Origin: an uncultured virus (IMG/VR IMGVR_UViG_3300046517_000919)
Taxonomy: Duplodnaviria > Heunggongvirae > Uroviricota > Caudoviricetes
Length of the DNA stretch: 64,000 nt
IMG/VR virus record: IMGVR_UViG_3300046517_000919
Direction: 5' to 3' (one strand)
The notes beneath the pieces were generated by a model, which made no database searches, was not told where the DNA came from, and worked only from the letters and a program-made list of their open reading frames with translations. Below are positions 26,984-36,800 of this stretch, in pieces (the first letter of the stretch is position 1; every line of letters begins with the position of its first letter). The translations under genes were made by a program, and so were the position numbers.

Positions 26984-29584
26984 ATGAACCGGGTCCAAAC
27001 CCTACGCTCTTCGATCACCGGCTGGGCGCCTGTCGCGGGGACGCGCCAGCCCGGTGAGATTTATGTGAACTGGGCCGATCAGGCCTTGGGGGTCATCGAC
27101 GCCTCCAAGACTGCGATGGATCTGATCGCGGTGCGGTACTGGAGCATCCAAGCAAATTACGCTGCGGGCGCGCACGTCATTTACAGTGGGGCAATGTATA
27201 AGGCGCTCGTGCCGATAACGGCCGGGCCGTTCGACCCGACGCAATGGGGAAGCATCGTCGTTGGGGGCGTCGAGGAAGCGCCGCTGGACGGTCAGCAGTA
27301 TGCCCGTCAGAGCGGGGACTGGTCAGTGGTGACCGGCCCCGGCGGCGCCTTCCTGCCCATCACGGGAGGCACGCTCACCGGGGATCTGGTCATTGCCGAG
27401 GCAACCGGCAACTCCTCGCTCATCATCAATAAGTTTGCCGCTGGTCATCTCGCCCAGCTCGAAGGTCGTACGAATACCGGGCTTCGCTGGGCCATCACGC
27501 TCGGCGATCAAACCCTTGAAACCGGGTCGAACGCCGGGTCGAATTTCAGCATCAACGCCTTCGCCGACGGCCCTGCCGACATTACGGGCCAGACCCCGCT
27601 GATCCATACGCCGCTGTTCATTGATCGCGCGAGCGGGCTGATCAGGGTCACGAATGATCCGCAGGACACGTACGGCGTCGCCACCAAGAACTACGTCGAT
27701 CTGCACGCATGGCGCGAGGCGCCGACTGGCGGCGCGATCTATGGCCGCCAGAGCGCGTCGTGGGTGGTTATCCCGGGCAGCAGCATCTCCTATTTGCCGC
27801 TCGCGGGCGGCACCCTCACGGGCAACCTAGGTATCGCCCCGCCTGCGGGCAATCCCACTATTGCCCTAAGCAAGTATTCCGGCACTGCCGGTCTGGACAA
27901 TGTGATTTACGGAGCGACAGCGGGCAGCGTCCGCTGGGTTATCGTTCCGGGTGATGACACCCCTGAAGGCCCCGGCAACGTCGGGTCGAATTTTGAAATT
28001 AATCCTGTCGCCAACGACGGCGTGACGGCTGGAGCCTCGGCGATCTCCATTGCGCGCTCCACCGGCCAAGTGTCAGTCGCGCACGATCCTCTCCCGGGCA
28101 TACCGCTTGGCGTCGCCACCAAGCAATACGTCGATTCCACCGCCACGACCGTCGTCCGTGAGGCGCCGACGGATGGCCAGATTTATGGCCGCAAGAGCGC
28201 GGGATGGGCGGTGGTCCCGACCGGCGGTGGCCCCAGCGGCTCCTACCTTCCTCTGACCGGCGGCACCCTCACGGGCGACCTGACGGTTGCGGAGGCGACG
28301 GGCAACTCCACGATCATCATCAGCAAAGTCGGTAGCACGCATCTCGCTCAGCTAGAGGGGCGGACTGGCTCCAATATTCGCTGGGACATGACGCTTGGCG
28401 ATCAGACGCCTGAGGCTGGCGGCAATGCGGGATCGGACTTCAGCCTCAATGCCTTTGCTGACGGCGCGGTCGATGGCTCGGCGCCGCTCTCCACGCCGAT
28501 CTTCATTAGTCGCTCGACTGGGTACGTACAGTTTCCGGTGGGCGACCCTGTTTCTCCAACCGGCGCCGCGACCAAGCACTATGTCGATCAGCAAGTGGCG
28601 ACGGTGAGCAGCGGCGGCTTTAACAACAACCTCATCGACAATGGCGACATGTCGATCTCCCAGCGCGGCACTGGCACACTCGTGGTGACGAGCGGTCAAC
28701 CCCGGTTTTGGGTTGATCGCTGGGCGGGCGTTGCGACCGCGACGCGGTTTACCATGGGGCAGAACTATAACGGCCTCCCGCCTCCGACGGGGTTCGCAAA
28801 TTTCCTTGGCGCGCGATGCACAACGAGTGGAACGCCCGGCTCAACCGACTATTTTGCCTTTCAGCACGGGTTTGAGGGGACGACCCTCAACGGGCTCAAT
28901 TGGGGCACGGCATCGGCGCAGTCCCTGACCCTATCGTTCTGGGCGTGCTCGGATCGGACAGGCACGTTCTCAGGCGCAATCAACAATGCTGCGAGCACGA
29001 GGTCGTTCGTTTTCACGTTTGTGCTCTCCGTCGCCAATACGCCAGCCCGCTTTACCGTCACCATCCCCGGCGACACCACTGGGACATGGATCAACAGCGG
29101 CACCGGGCTTGCGATGTGGCTGTTTTTCAATCTTGGGTCGGGTACGAGCCTGTACACCGGCACGACCGGCTCATGGGTCGCGGGCAATTTTATCGGCGCG
29201 ACCGGCTCGAACGGGATTATCGGGCATCTCAATTCGAACTTCTATGTGACCGGGGTCAAGCTGGAGCCGGGCAGCACCGCGACGGCGTTCGCGTATGATC
29301 CGCCAGCGGTCAGATTGCAGCGTTGCCAGAGGTACTACCAAGTTCTCGGACAGGTCATCTGCGACGGATATGGCGGACAAGGATTTATGACCATGTCGCA
29401 CACATTCGTCTGCCAAATGCGGGATATCCCGTCGGCGAATGTCGTCGGCAGCGTCACCTACAGCAACGCCAATTCGTTCCAGTTTTTTACGAGAACCACG
29501 AACACGGTGACGGTGGGAGCCGTCACGACCGGCACCGGGGAGTCGGGGGCGTCGGCGACGGTTGAGCTGACGGCGGAGATATAG
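26984..29584 (+). CDS. tail fibre protein with three ~140-aa repeats and a C-terminal carbohydrate-binding-like domain
   Basis: 3x EAPxxG..Y.R...W...LPxxGGTLTG.L...RW...GD...GS.F...ATK.YVD; then NLIDNGDMSISQRG...DRW...VKLEPGSTATAF...CQRYY. Confidence 0.85.
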   Translation: MNRVQTLRSSITGWAPVAGTRQPGEIYVNWADQALGVIDASKTAMDLIAVRYWSIQANYAAGAHVIYSGAMYKALVPITAGPFDPTQWGSIVVGGVEEAPLDGQQYARQSGDWSVVTGPGGAFLPITGGTLTGDLVIAEATGNSSLIINKFAAGHLAQLEGRTNTGLRWAITLGDQTLETGSNAGSNFSINAFADGPADITGQTPLIHTPLFIDRASGLIRVTNDPQDTYGVATKNYVDLHAWREAPTGGAIYGRQSASWVVIPGSSISYLPLAGGTLTGNLGIAPPAGNPTIALSKYSGTAGLDNVIYGATAGSVRWVIVPGDDTPEGPGNVGSNFEINPVANDGVTAGASAISIARSTGQVSVAHDPLPGIPLGVATKQYVDSTATTVVREAPTDGQIYGRKSAGWAVVPTGGGPSGSYLPLTGGTLTGDLTVAEATGNSTIIISKVGSTHLAQLEGRTGSNIRWDMTLGDQTPEAGGNAGSDFSLNAFADGAVDGSAPLSTPIFISRSTGYVQFPVGDPVSPTGAATKHYVDQQVATVSSGGFNNNLIDNGDMSISQRGTGTLVVTSGQPRFWVDRWAGVATATRFTMGQNYNGLPPPTGFANFLGARCTTSGTPGSTDYFAFQHGFEGTTLNGLNWGTASAQSLTLSFWACSDRTGTFSGAINNAASTRSFVFTFVLSVANTPARFTVTIPGDTTGTWINSGTGLAMWLFFNLGSGTSLYTGTTGSWVAGNFIGATGSNGIIGHLNSNFYVTGVKLEPGSTATAFAYDPPAVRLQRCQRYYQVLGQVICDGYGGQGFMTMSHTFVCQMRDIPSANVVGSVTYSNANSFQFFTRTTNTVTVGAVTTGTGESGASATVELTAEI

Positions 29585-29587
29585 GCC

Positions 29588-30337
29588 ATGAGCTACACCT
29601 ATGACACTTTCCAGACGGCGCTCGCCATCGAGATGGCGGTGCCCAACAACGACCCTACCGATCCGCAGTTCATCGCCATCCTGCCAACCCTGATCGATCA
29701 GGCCGAGCAGCGCTGCTACCGCGATCTCGACCTATTGTACCTCACAACCACGCACAACATCACGCTCGTCCCCAACACCAACAATGTCGATATCTCCCTG
29801 TACCAGCCGCAAGTGCTGATCCTTGAGGATGTCTGGGTCATTCTCCCGGCTGGCGTTACCAATCCAGACCTCGCTGAAATCGTCCCGGTCTACCCGGCCA
29901 GCTTCGAATGGGTGCGGATGGTCTACGGAAACTCGGCGCAGAAGGGGCCGCCAAATTATTATTTTATGATCTCTGACCACCTCGTTGGGTGGGGTCCGTT
30001 CCCTGACGCCGCGTACACGGTGATCATCAAGGGCAAATATCGCCCGGCGCCTCTCTATTCGGCCGCGCCAAATAATGGGACACAGAGCACCGTGCTGACA
30101 ACGCTCGTGCCGGATCTCTTCCTTGCGGCCGCGATGTCGGCCGCCGCCGCCTATCAGCACAACTGGGGCGCGCAGAGCGACGACCCGCGCTCGGCGATGT
30201 CGTGGGAGACAAGCTACCAGACCCTGCTGGTGGGCGCGCAGATTGAGGAAATGAGGAAGAAGATGCACGGCTGGATGCAGATGACCTCCGAGACGCCGCC
30301 GATGCCAATGCGGCCGGGAACGCCGGGACCAACCTGA
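29588..30337 (+). CDS. tail adaptor / DNA-stabilisation protein
   Basis: AEQRCYRDL...GP.PDAAYTV...PDLFLAA...W..SYQ pattern; precedes the nozzle gene. Confidence 0.7.
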   Translation: MSYTYDTFQTALAIEMAVPNNDPTDPQFIAILPTLIDQAEQRCYRDLDLLYLTTTHNITLVPNTNNVDISLYQPQVLILEDVWVILPAGVTNPDLAEIVPVYPASFEWVRMVYGNSAQKGPPNYYFMISDHLVGWGPFPDAAYTVIIKGKYRPAPLYSAAPNNGTQSTVLTTLVPDLFLAAAMSAAAAYQHNWGAQSDDPRSAMSWETSYQTLLVGAQIEEMRKKMHGWMQMTSETPPMPMRPGTPGPT

Positions 30338-31902
30338 TGCCTTTCCAGACCGTCAAGCTGATGCCCGGGGTGCGCGCTGAGCAAACGCCCCTCCTGTTGC
30401 AGGCGGGGGTTGTCCAGTCGAACCTCATTCGGTGGCGTGACGGCCTGCCGGAAAAGTATGGCGGCTGGAAGCGGTTCAATTACGTCAGCGCCGGGCCGCC
30501 GCCGATCAACATCGCGCCGCCGCCGCTGGCGGGACCGCTCCGCGAGATGTGGCCATGGTCTGATTTCGTCGGCAATCTGCGCCTCGCTTGCGGCGGCGAT
30601 CAGGGGCTCTTTGTCGTTCAGACAGGCGCGGTCGCCAACATCACCCCGACCGGCGCCGAGACGAGCACCGACTGGTGCTTGGTCAACTTCGGCGAAGACC
30701 TGATTGCCCAGCCGGAAGGCCAAGGCTTGTTCGTTTGGGTTGTGACGAACGGCGTCCCAGCCGGGCCAATCGCCGTGCCGATTGCCGAGGCGCCGCAGAT
30801 CGCCACCGGGTTCTTCCTCGCGATGCCGCAGCAGCAGCTCGTGGCCTATGGCGCCTCGACCGGCACCGGCAGCGTGCAAGACCCGATGCTGGTGCGCTGG
30901 TGCGACAATGCCGACTATCACGACTGGACGGCGGCGGTGAACAATCAGGCGGGCAGCTTCCGCCTCGCGCGCGGCTCGCGGATCGTCGGCGGCATGCAGA
31001 CGCCAATGCAGGCGATGCTATGGACCGATATCGGCATGTGGCTAATGACCTATATCGGCTACCCCGATGTCTGGGGTTTCAGCGAAATCGCGCAGGAGTG
31101 CGGCCTGATCGCCAAGAAGGCGGTCGCGGTGTGCGGCACGCAAGTGTTCTGGATGTCGCAGGACAGGTTCTGGACCTTCGTTGGCGGTCAAGCTGCGCCT
31201 CTTCCCTGCGAAGTTTACGACGCCGTCTTCCAGAACCTCAATCTCGCTCTTCTCCACAAGATCAGGTGCGGAACGAACGCTGGCTTCGACGAGATCACTT
31301 GGTTCTACCCATCGTTGGCGACCACGCGGGAGGGCGCGATCCAAGAGAACGATTCATACGTCAAATTTAACAGGGTGACGGGCGAGTGGGACTATGGAAC
31401 GCCGATTGATGTCTTCGGCGGCGGCGCGAGCGGCGGCCTGATGGTTTCGGACTGGGTCGATTTCAATGTGTTCGGCCACCCGATCTCAGCAATGACGCTC
31501 TCGGACGGCATGACTTCGCAGATCATGTGGATGGAGATGGGCCGGGACGCCGATGTTGCGCCGATGAACTGGTGGTTCAGGACCGGATTTTTTCTCCTCA
31601 ACGACGGCGAGGACTTTTTGTTCATCGACCGCGTGCGGCCTGACTTTCGGTGGCGGAAGTTCGGCGACGACCCGGTGAGAACCAGCGCGCAGATTCTGAT
31701 CACGCTCTACACCCAGAGCGACCCGGCCAGCACCCGCCCCGCGACCTATGGGCCGTTCCTTGTGAATGCGCAGAAAGTGGAATTTGACCCGCGCTGCCGG
31801 GGGCGGTACTTCTCGCTCAAGGTAGAGGGTGACGATCTGGGATCTTTTGCCCGCTTAGGCGCGGTGAAGTTCCGTTTCGGCGTCGATGGGCGAGCGGGTT
31901 GA
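30337..31902 (+). CDS. tail nozzle / P22 gp10-like DNA-stabilisation protein
   Basis: RWRDGLPEKYGGW, NFGEDLIA, DPMLVRWCD, NQAGSFRL..GSRIV, WTD, CGLI, LPCEVYD.VF, EITWFYPS, PRCRGR. Confidence 0.8.
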   Translation: MPFQTVKLMPGVRAEQTPLLLQAGVVQSNLIRWRDGLPEKYGGWKRFNYVSAGPPPINIAPPPLAGPLREMWPWSDFVGNLRLACGGDQGLFVVQTGAVANITPTGAETSTDWCLVNFGEDLIAQPEGQGLFVWVVTNGVPAGPIAVPIAEAPQIATGFFLAMPQQQLVAYGASTGTGSVQDPMLVRWCDNADYHDWTAAVNNQAGSFRLARGSRIVGGMQTPMQAMLWTDIGMWLMTYIGYPDVWGFSEIAQECGLIAKKAVAVCGTQVFWMSQDRFWTFVGGQAAPLPCEVYDAVFQNLNLALLHKIRCGTNAGFDEITWFYPSLATTREGAIQENDSYVKFNRVTGEWDYGTPIDVFGGGASGGLMVSDWVDFNVFGHPISAMTLSDGMTSQIMWMEMGRDADVAPMNWWFRTGFFLLNDGEDFLFIDRVRPDFRWRKFGDDPVRTSAQILITLYTQSDPASTRPATYGPFLVNAQKVEFDPRCRGRYFSLKVEGDDLGSFARLGAVKFRFGVDGRAG

Positions 31903-31903
31903 T

Positions 31904-32548
31904 ATGGCTCCCTTTACCGCTGGCGTGCAGGGCGATCTTCAGCCCGTCATCGCCGCGCTTCAAGCGATCACGGTCAAGCTGGGCGATCTCATCCGGCAAC
32001 TGAACCTGTCGTTTCCGCCCGGAGGCAGCCCCTACGTCCTCAGTGCCGGGGGGACCATGACGGCAGACCCTACCGTCCCGCTCGGAGTGGCCACTAAGAG
32101 CTACGTCGATCACTTGACTAGCGGCCATTACGTCAGGGTCCGCGCCGCAAACAACACGCTCAACGCTACCGTCGCCAATGGCGCGGTCTTGCAGTTCGAC
32201 ACGGTCGATACCGACACCAATGGATACGCGCCGGGAACGACGCCGTTCAGTACGATCACGATCCCGGTGGGCTACGGCGGCGCCTACGTCATCAACGGAT
32301 GGTCGAGCGGCACCGGCACTCAGGCGACGACGCTGGGCATGGGCATTATGATCAACGGCGGCGCCCTTTCCGGCACCAACCAGTCGATCACCGGACCCGC
32401 CAGCGTCACTTATGTCTTGGACAATGCGGCAGTCTCGGTCCTGCATCTGAGCGCGGGCGACACTGTCCAGTTGGTCAACAACAGCGTGAGCGCCGGGACG
32501 AACGCCTTCACCGCCGTCTTCCTGTCTCTGGCTTGGCTAGGAGGCTAA
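31904..32548 (+). CDS. small fibre/needle protein with C1q/BclA-like C-terminus
   Basis: DPTVPLGVATKSYVD linker shared with the fibre; LQFDTV...TITIP...GAYVI...LHLSAGDTVQL. Confidence 0.6.
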   Translation: MAPFTAGVQGDLQPVIAALQAITVKLGDLIRQLNLSFPPGGSPYVLSAGGTMTADPTVPLGVATKSYVDHLTSGHYVRVRAANNTLNATVANGAVLQFDTVDTDTNGYAPGTTPFSTITIPVGYGGAYVINGWSSGTGTQATTLGMGIMINGGALSGTNQSITGPASVTYVLDNAAVSVLHLSAGDTVQLVNNSVSAGTNAFTAVFLSLAWLGG

Positions 32549-32549
32549 G

Positions 32550-33242
32550 GTGCCCGGTTTCAACCCTGTCCCCAGCTCGATCCAGATCTCACGCATGCTG
32601 CGCCGTCAACCGCCCATCGGCGGGATTGCGTTCAAATCTGGCGTGACGCAGCGTCCATTCCCGTTGAAGCGCGCGACTGGCGGTGGCATTCCCGAGGTCA
32701 TTCCAGACGATCCGAGCACGCCGGTTATCGGGGGGATCAACACCGCTACCCCCGGCCGCGCCGATGCCCATCCGACGCACGTTCCGAAGGGCAGCTACGT
32801 CATGCCAGCCCACATTGTTTCGATGATGGGCGAGGGCAATACTGCGGCAGGGCTTGCGATGCTCACGAAGATGTTCCTGCCGCTGAAGGCGCAGGCGGGG
32901 CAGCAGATCACCATGATGGGGCAGCATGCTCCCTACGGGGCGACTGGCGCGCCCTATGGGGCGCAGATGCCGGGGCTGCACATGGGTCCGGGCGTTGGCA
33001 TCCCGTCCCCTCCCCGCGCGCCGGTTCAATACGCGGGCGGCGCCGTGCCGGGCCAGCCTGATGAGGCGCTGGGCACGCCGATCAACATCAGCGGCGGCGA
33101 GTTCGTCATTCCGCCGGATGAGGTGAAGCGCAGGGGGCAGGGCAACATCAATTTGGGCCACGAGGTTCTCGACCGCTGGGTCAACGATCTTCAGGCCCAC
33201 CACATCAAAACGCTGAAGCGCTTACCCGGCCCGGCCAAATGA
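32550..33242 (+). CDS. internal virion protein with two GG...G(E/S)(F/Y)V(I/M)P modules
   Basis: RATGG...PGRADAHPTHVPKGSYVMPAHIVSMMGEGNTAAG and YAGG...INISGGEFVIPPDEVKRRGQGNINLGHEVLD. Confidence 0.7.
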   Translation: MPGFNPVPSSIQISRMLRRQPPIGGIAFKSGVTQRPFPLKRATGGGIPEVIPDDPSTPVIGGINTATPGRADAHPTHVPKGSYVMPAHIVSMMGEGNTAAGLAMLTKMFLPLKAQAGQQITMMGQHAPYGATGAPYGAQMPGLHMGPGVGIPSPPRAPVQYAGGAVPGQPDEALGTPINISGGEFVIPPDEVKRRGQGNINLGHEVLDRWVNDLQAHHIKTLKRLPGPAK

Positions 33243-33796
33243 GCAAGACCTTCAGCCACAACGACCGGCCGCCCAAGTCGCCTACGGATCTCTCTCACAT
33301 CCGCCTCGCGGGCGAGGCCGACGAGATGCAGATCTTCTCGCTGTTCAGCCTGATGCATGCGGAAGTTTCGCAGCACCGGCTTTCATGGCCAAAGGTCGCT
33401 GCAATGATCCGGCTTGCGACCCAGCGCACGAGAGGGATCATTGGCGTCATTGGCGAGACGCATGACATCAAGGCGGCGCTGTTCGCGGTGATCGAGCCGG
33501 TCTGGTACTCGGACGAGTTCGTCCTCATCGAGTACTTCAACTACGTCAGGCCAGACGCGCGCCGCTCAACCTATGCGACCGACCTCCTCGCCTATGGCAA
33601 GCGGTGCGCCGAGGATCTGGGGATCGATTTTGTTTGCGGCGTATATTCGACTGTTCGTACAGAAGCAAAGTGTAGGCTGTACCGCCGGGTGATGCCGAAG
33701 ATGGGCGAGTTCTATCGCTATCGGCCGCAGGGCGAGGTGACGGCGCGGACGCCTCTATCGCGGGCGACCCCCGCAAACCAAGTCGCGGCGGAGTAG
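33239..33796 (+). CDS. GNAT-fold acetyltransferase-like protein
   Basis: IRLA..AD...WYSDE..L.E...YVRPDARRS..A..LL.YGK...RLY pattern. Confidence 0.65.
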   Translation: MSKTFSHNDRPPKSPTDLSHIRLAGEADEMQIFSLFSLMHAEVSQHRLSWPKVAAMIRLATQRTRGIIGVIGETHDIKAALFAVIEPVWYSDEFVLIEYFNYVRPDARRSTYATDLLAYGKRCAEDLGIDFVCGVYSTVRTEAKCRLYRRVMPKMGEFYRYRPQGEVTARTPLSRATPANQVAAE

Positions 33797-33800
33797 AGCG

Positions 33801-36800
33801 ATGGGCAGCGTACTGGCTGGCGGCAGCAACACATCGACGACATCGAGTTCACCACCGCCACAGGTCTTGGCCAATTATCAAGGCTTGGTGAACCGCGCGA
33901 CCGGCGTCGCGAACACGCCTTACACTCCCTACCCGGGCGAGATGGTCGCCGCGCTGAGCGATCAGACATTGCAGGGCCTTGGCGGCGTCAACCAGTACGC
34001 GGGGGCCGCCCAGCCGTATCTTCAGCAAGCTGGCCAGATGGTGCAGCAGGGCAGTCAGAATCTTGGCCAAGCTGGCCAGATGACCCAGCAGGCGGCCAAT
34101 AGCCCAGTGACGCCGCAGGCATTTTCTGGCAGCGAGATCGACAAGTACTCCAATCCGTTCACCAAGTCGGTGATCGATGCGACGCAGGCCGAGTTCAACA
34201 ATCAGAACGCGCAGCAGGCGCAGTTCTTAAACTCGCAGAACATTGGAGCTGGAGCGTTCGGCGGCGACCGGGCCGGGATCAGTCAAGACATCCTCGCCAA
34301 TCAGCAGAACCTCGCCCAAGCCCCGGTGATCGCTGGCCTTAACCAGTCGAATTACAATCAGGCTCTGGCTGAGTTCAACAACCAGCAGCAAACTGGCCTT
34401 GGCGCGCAAGAGTACAACAACAGCATGCTTGGCCAGATGGCCAATCAGTACGGCAACATCGGCACGGCGTTAGGCACCCTCGGTGGGCAGTACGGCAATG
34501 TCGGCACGGGGATACAAAACGCCGGGATGCAGGGCTCGAACGCGCAAGTCCAATCCGGCATGATCCCGCAGGCGGAGCAGCAAGCAGTTGATACCTCTCT
34601 CCAGAATGTCTGGAATCAGGGGCAGGCCTATCCGTTCCAGACGACCGACTTCCTCGGCAACATCATCGAGGGCACCGGAACCAATAGCGGCGGGACATCG
34701 CAGTCAACGTCGCCGGGGCCTAGCGCGCTTGGGCAGACCATAGGCCTCGGGACAGCAGGCCTCGGCGCGCTTTCCAATCCGGCCGTCACCAGCGGCATTG
34801 GCGCCGCATTCGCGGCTCTGCCGTTCATGGCGCGAGGGGGAAGAACCCCGTCGGATCGTGAGAATGTGAGGACGGTAGGAAAGACGTTCGACGGTCAGGA
34901 TATCCAGAGCTACAACTTCGCGGGCGATCCGCGCACCCATTACGATAGCGGCGGCAGCGTCTCGCCGGGCCAGATCTACAACCTCGGCGTTGGTAAGGCG
35001 GCATCCCCGGCGGGCGCGCTGGCGCTGTTGGCTCCCAGTTCTGGCGCGGAAGCCGGGACGGGAAAATTTGGCAAGGGCTCGCTGGCGCTGACGCCGGGCG
35101 GCACGATCATGCAGGCGACCCCCGCACCGTCTCAATGGGCGCCGGGGCCTCAGTCTGTTCAGCCGGAATGGGGCGGCGGGGCAGCGTCACCCGCGAACCC
35201 CTTGCCAGCGGGTCCGATGCAGCAAGCTTCGGGGCCGAGGCCTCCGTTGCGGCCGGGGCCGATGGTGGACCCGCGACAGGTGGCGGCGGCGGACGGCGGG
35301 CGGATTGGCCGCGCGACTGGCGGGACGGCAATCGGCGGCGGCGCTCCTCAGATGTCGAACTGGGCCGTCTATCCGTTTCTCGACACGGCAACGCCGGGGG
35401 CGATAGCGCAGGGCTACGGCGTGCCATCGCCGTTATCCGGCCTCGCCCAGATGGAATATTCCGCCCTTACTGGCGGCGCGGCCCCCGGCTCCACTTTGCC
35501 AGCCAACGCCTTCACCCAGACTGGCAATGAATCGCTGTCGCCATCGCTGCCGAACACCTCGGGCGCCGCGCCCGGCACGGTGTTCAATCCAATCAATTAC
35601 ATGGACCCCACCCAGAATTTCCAGACGGCGGCGGCAGCGAATAGCGCCAACACGGCGAATGACATTGCCCTGCGAGGCATCGATCCCGCTTCCATGGGGC
35701 CGAACGCTTTTATCGGCTCGAACCCGCCGGGTGGGAGCCACCTTCCCCAGAACCCCGCAGCCGCTGCCGCTGGACCTCCGGTCAATCTGCTTGGCTCTGG
35801 TTCGGGTGGCGGGGGAGGCGGTGGGGGTGGGGGCGGAGGTGGCGGGGGTGGAGGCGGTTCAGGCTCTGGGGGCTCTGGCTCTCATAGCAGCACCTCGGGC
35901 TCGGGCTCCCAGAGCAACAGCAGTAGCGCTCCTAAATGGCTGGGCACTCCCATCAGCTCGATCCTCGATTTGGAGGGCAAAAACTATGTTGGGCCGACGA
36001 TATCGGGCGGTTGGGTTGGCACGCCTTATAACCAGCTTTCGCCCACGCAGCAGGCATGGGCGGATCAGCAGAGGAGTGTAACCAGCCAGATAAAGAACAT
36101 GAGCCCCAGCGAAGTTCTGAGCAAACTCACCTTGATGCCTTCCAAGGCTTACGGCGGCAGGACCGGGCGGCAGGACGGCGGCGGGCTCGGCGACCTAAGC
36201 TATTACACGCCGACCACCGGCAACGCGCGCGGGGCGACCTACCATCCGCCGATTCCGCCCCTCGCGCCGCCGCCCACCCCGCAGCCGATATATACGCCGC
36301 AGCATCACGCGCCGCACCGCGCTCCCCCGAGAGCGCAAGTTCCCTTGCCTCCGCCCCGGCCCCTGACGCCGCCGTCGCCAATGACGCCGCAGCCCGTTGC
36401 GTCCGCGCCTGCGCCGATATCGTTGCCCATCCTCAATCCCGACGAGACGAAAGATCCGTTCATCCATTATCCAGACGCCAGCTTCCCGCAGCCGTCATCG
36501 CGTCAGCCTGACGCCAATCCCGATGATGATCCAGCCGCACGTGAGCGCGGCCTCGACGCGCTCAAGGCTCTGCTGGGCGGCGGGCGACCCGGCTTCAACA
36601 TGGGCGGCGCGAATGCGGGCATGCTGGGCCAAATGCCGCTCGCGGGCGCCACCGGCTACACGCCGCCGGGACAGGGCGTCACCGGCATGGATTCGCAGGG
36701 TTCGCCGATGGGCTCGGGCAGCGCCAAGGCCGCAGGCTTCGACGGTCTGTTCGGCTCTGGGTTCCAGAGAGGCGGGCGGATCGGCTTCGCGGAGGGCGGG

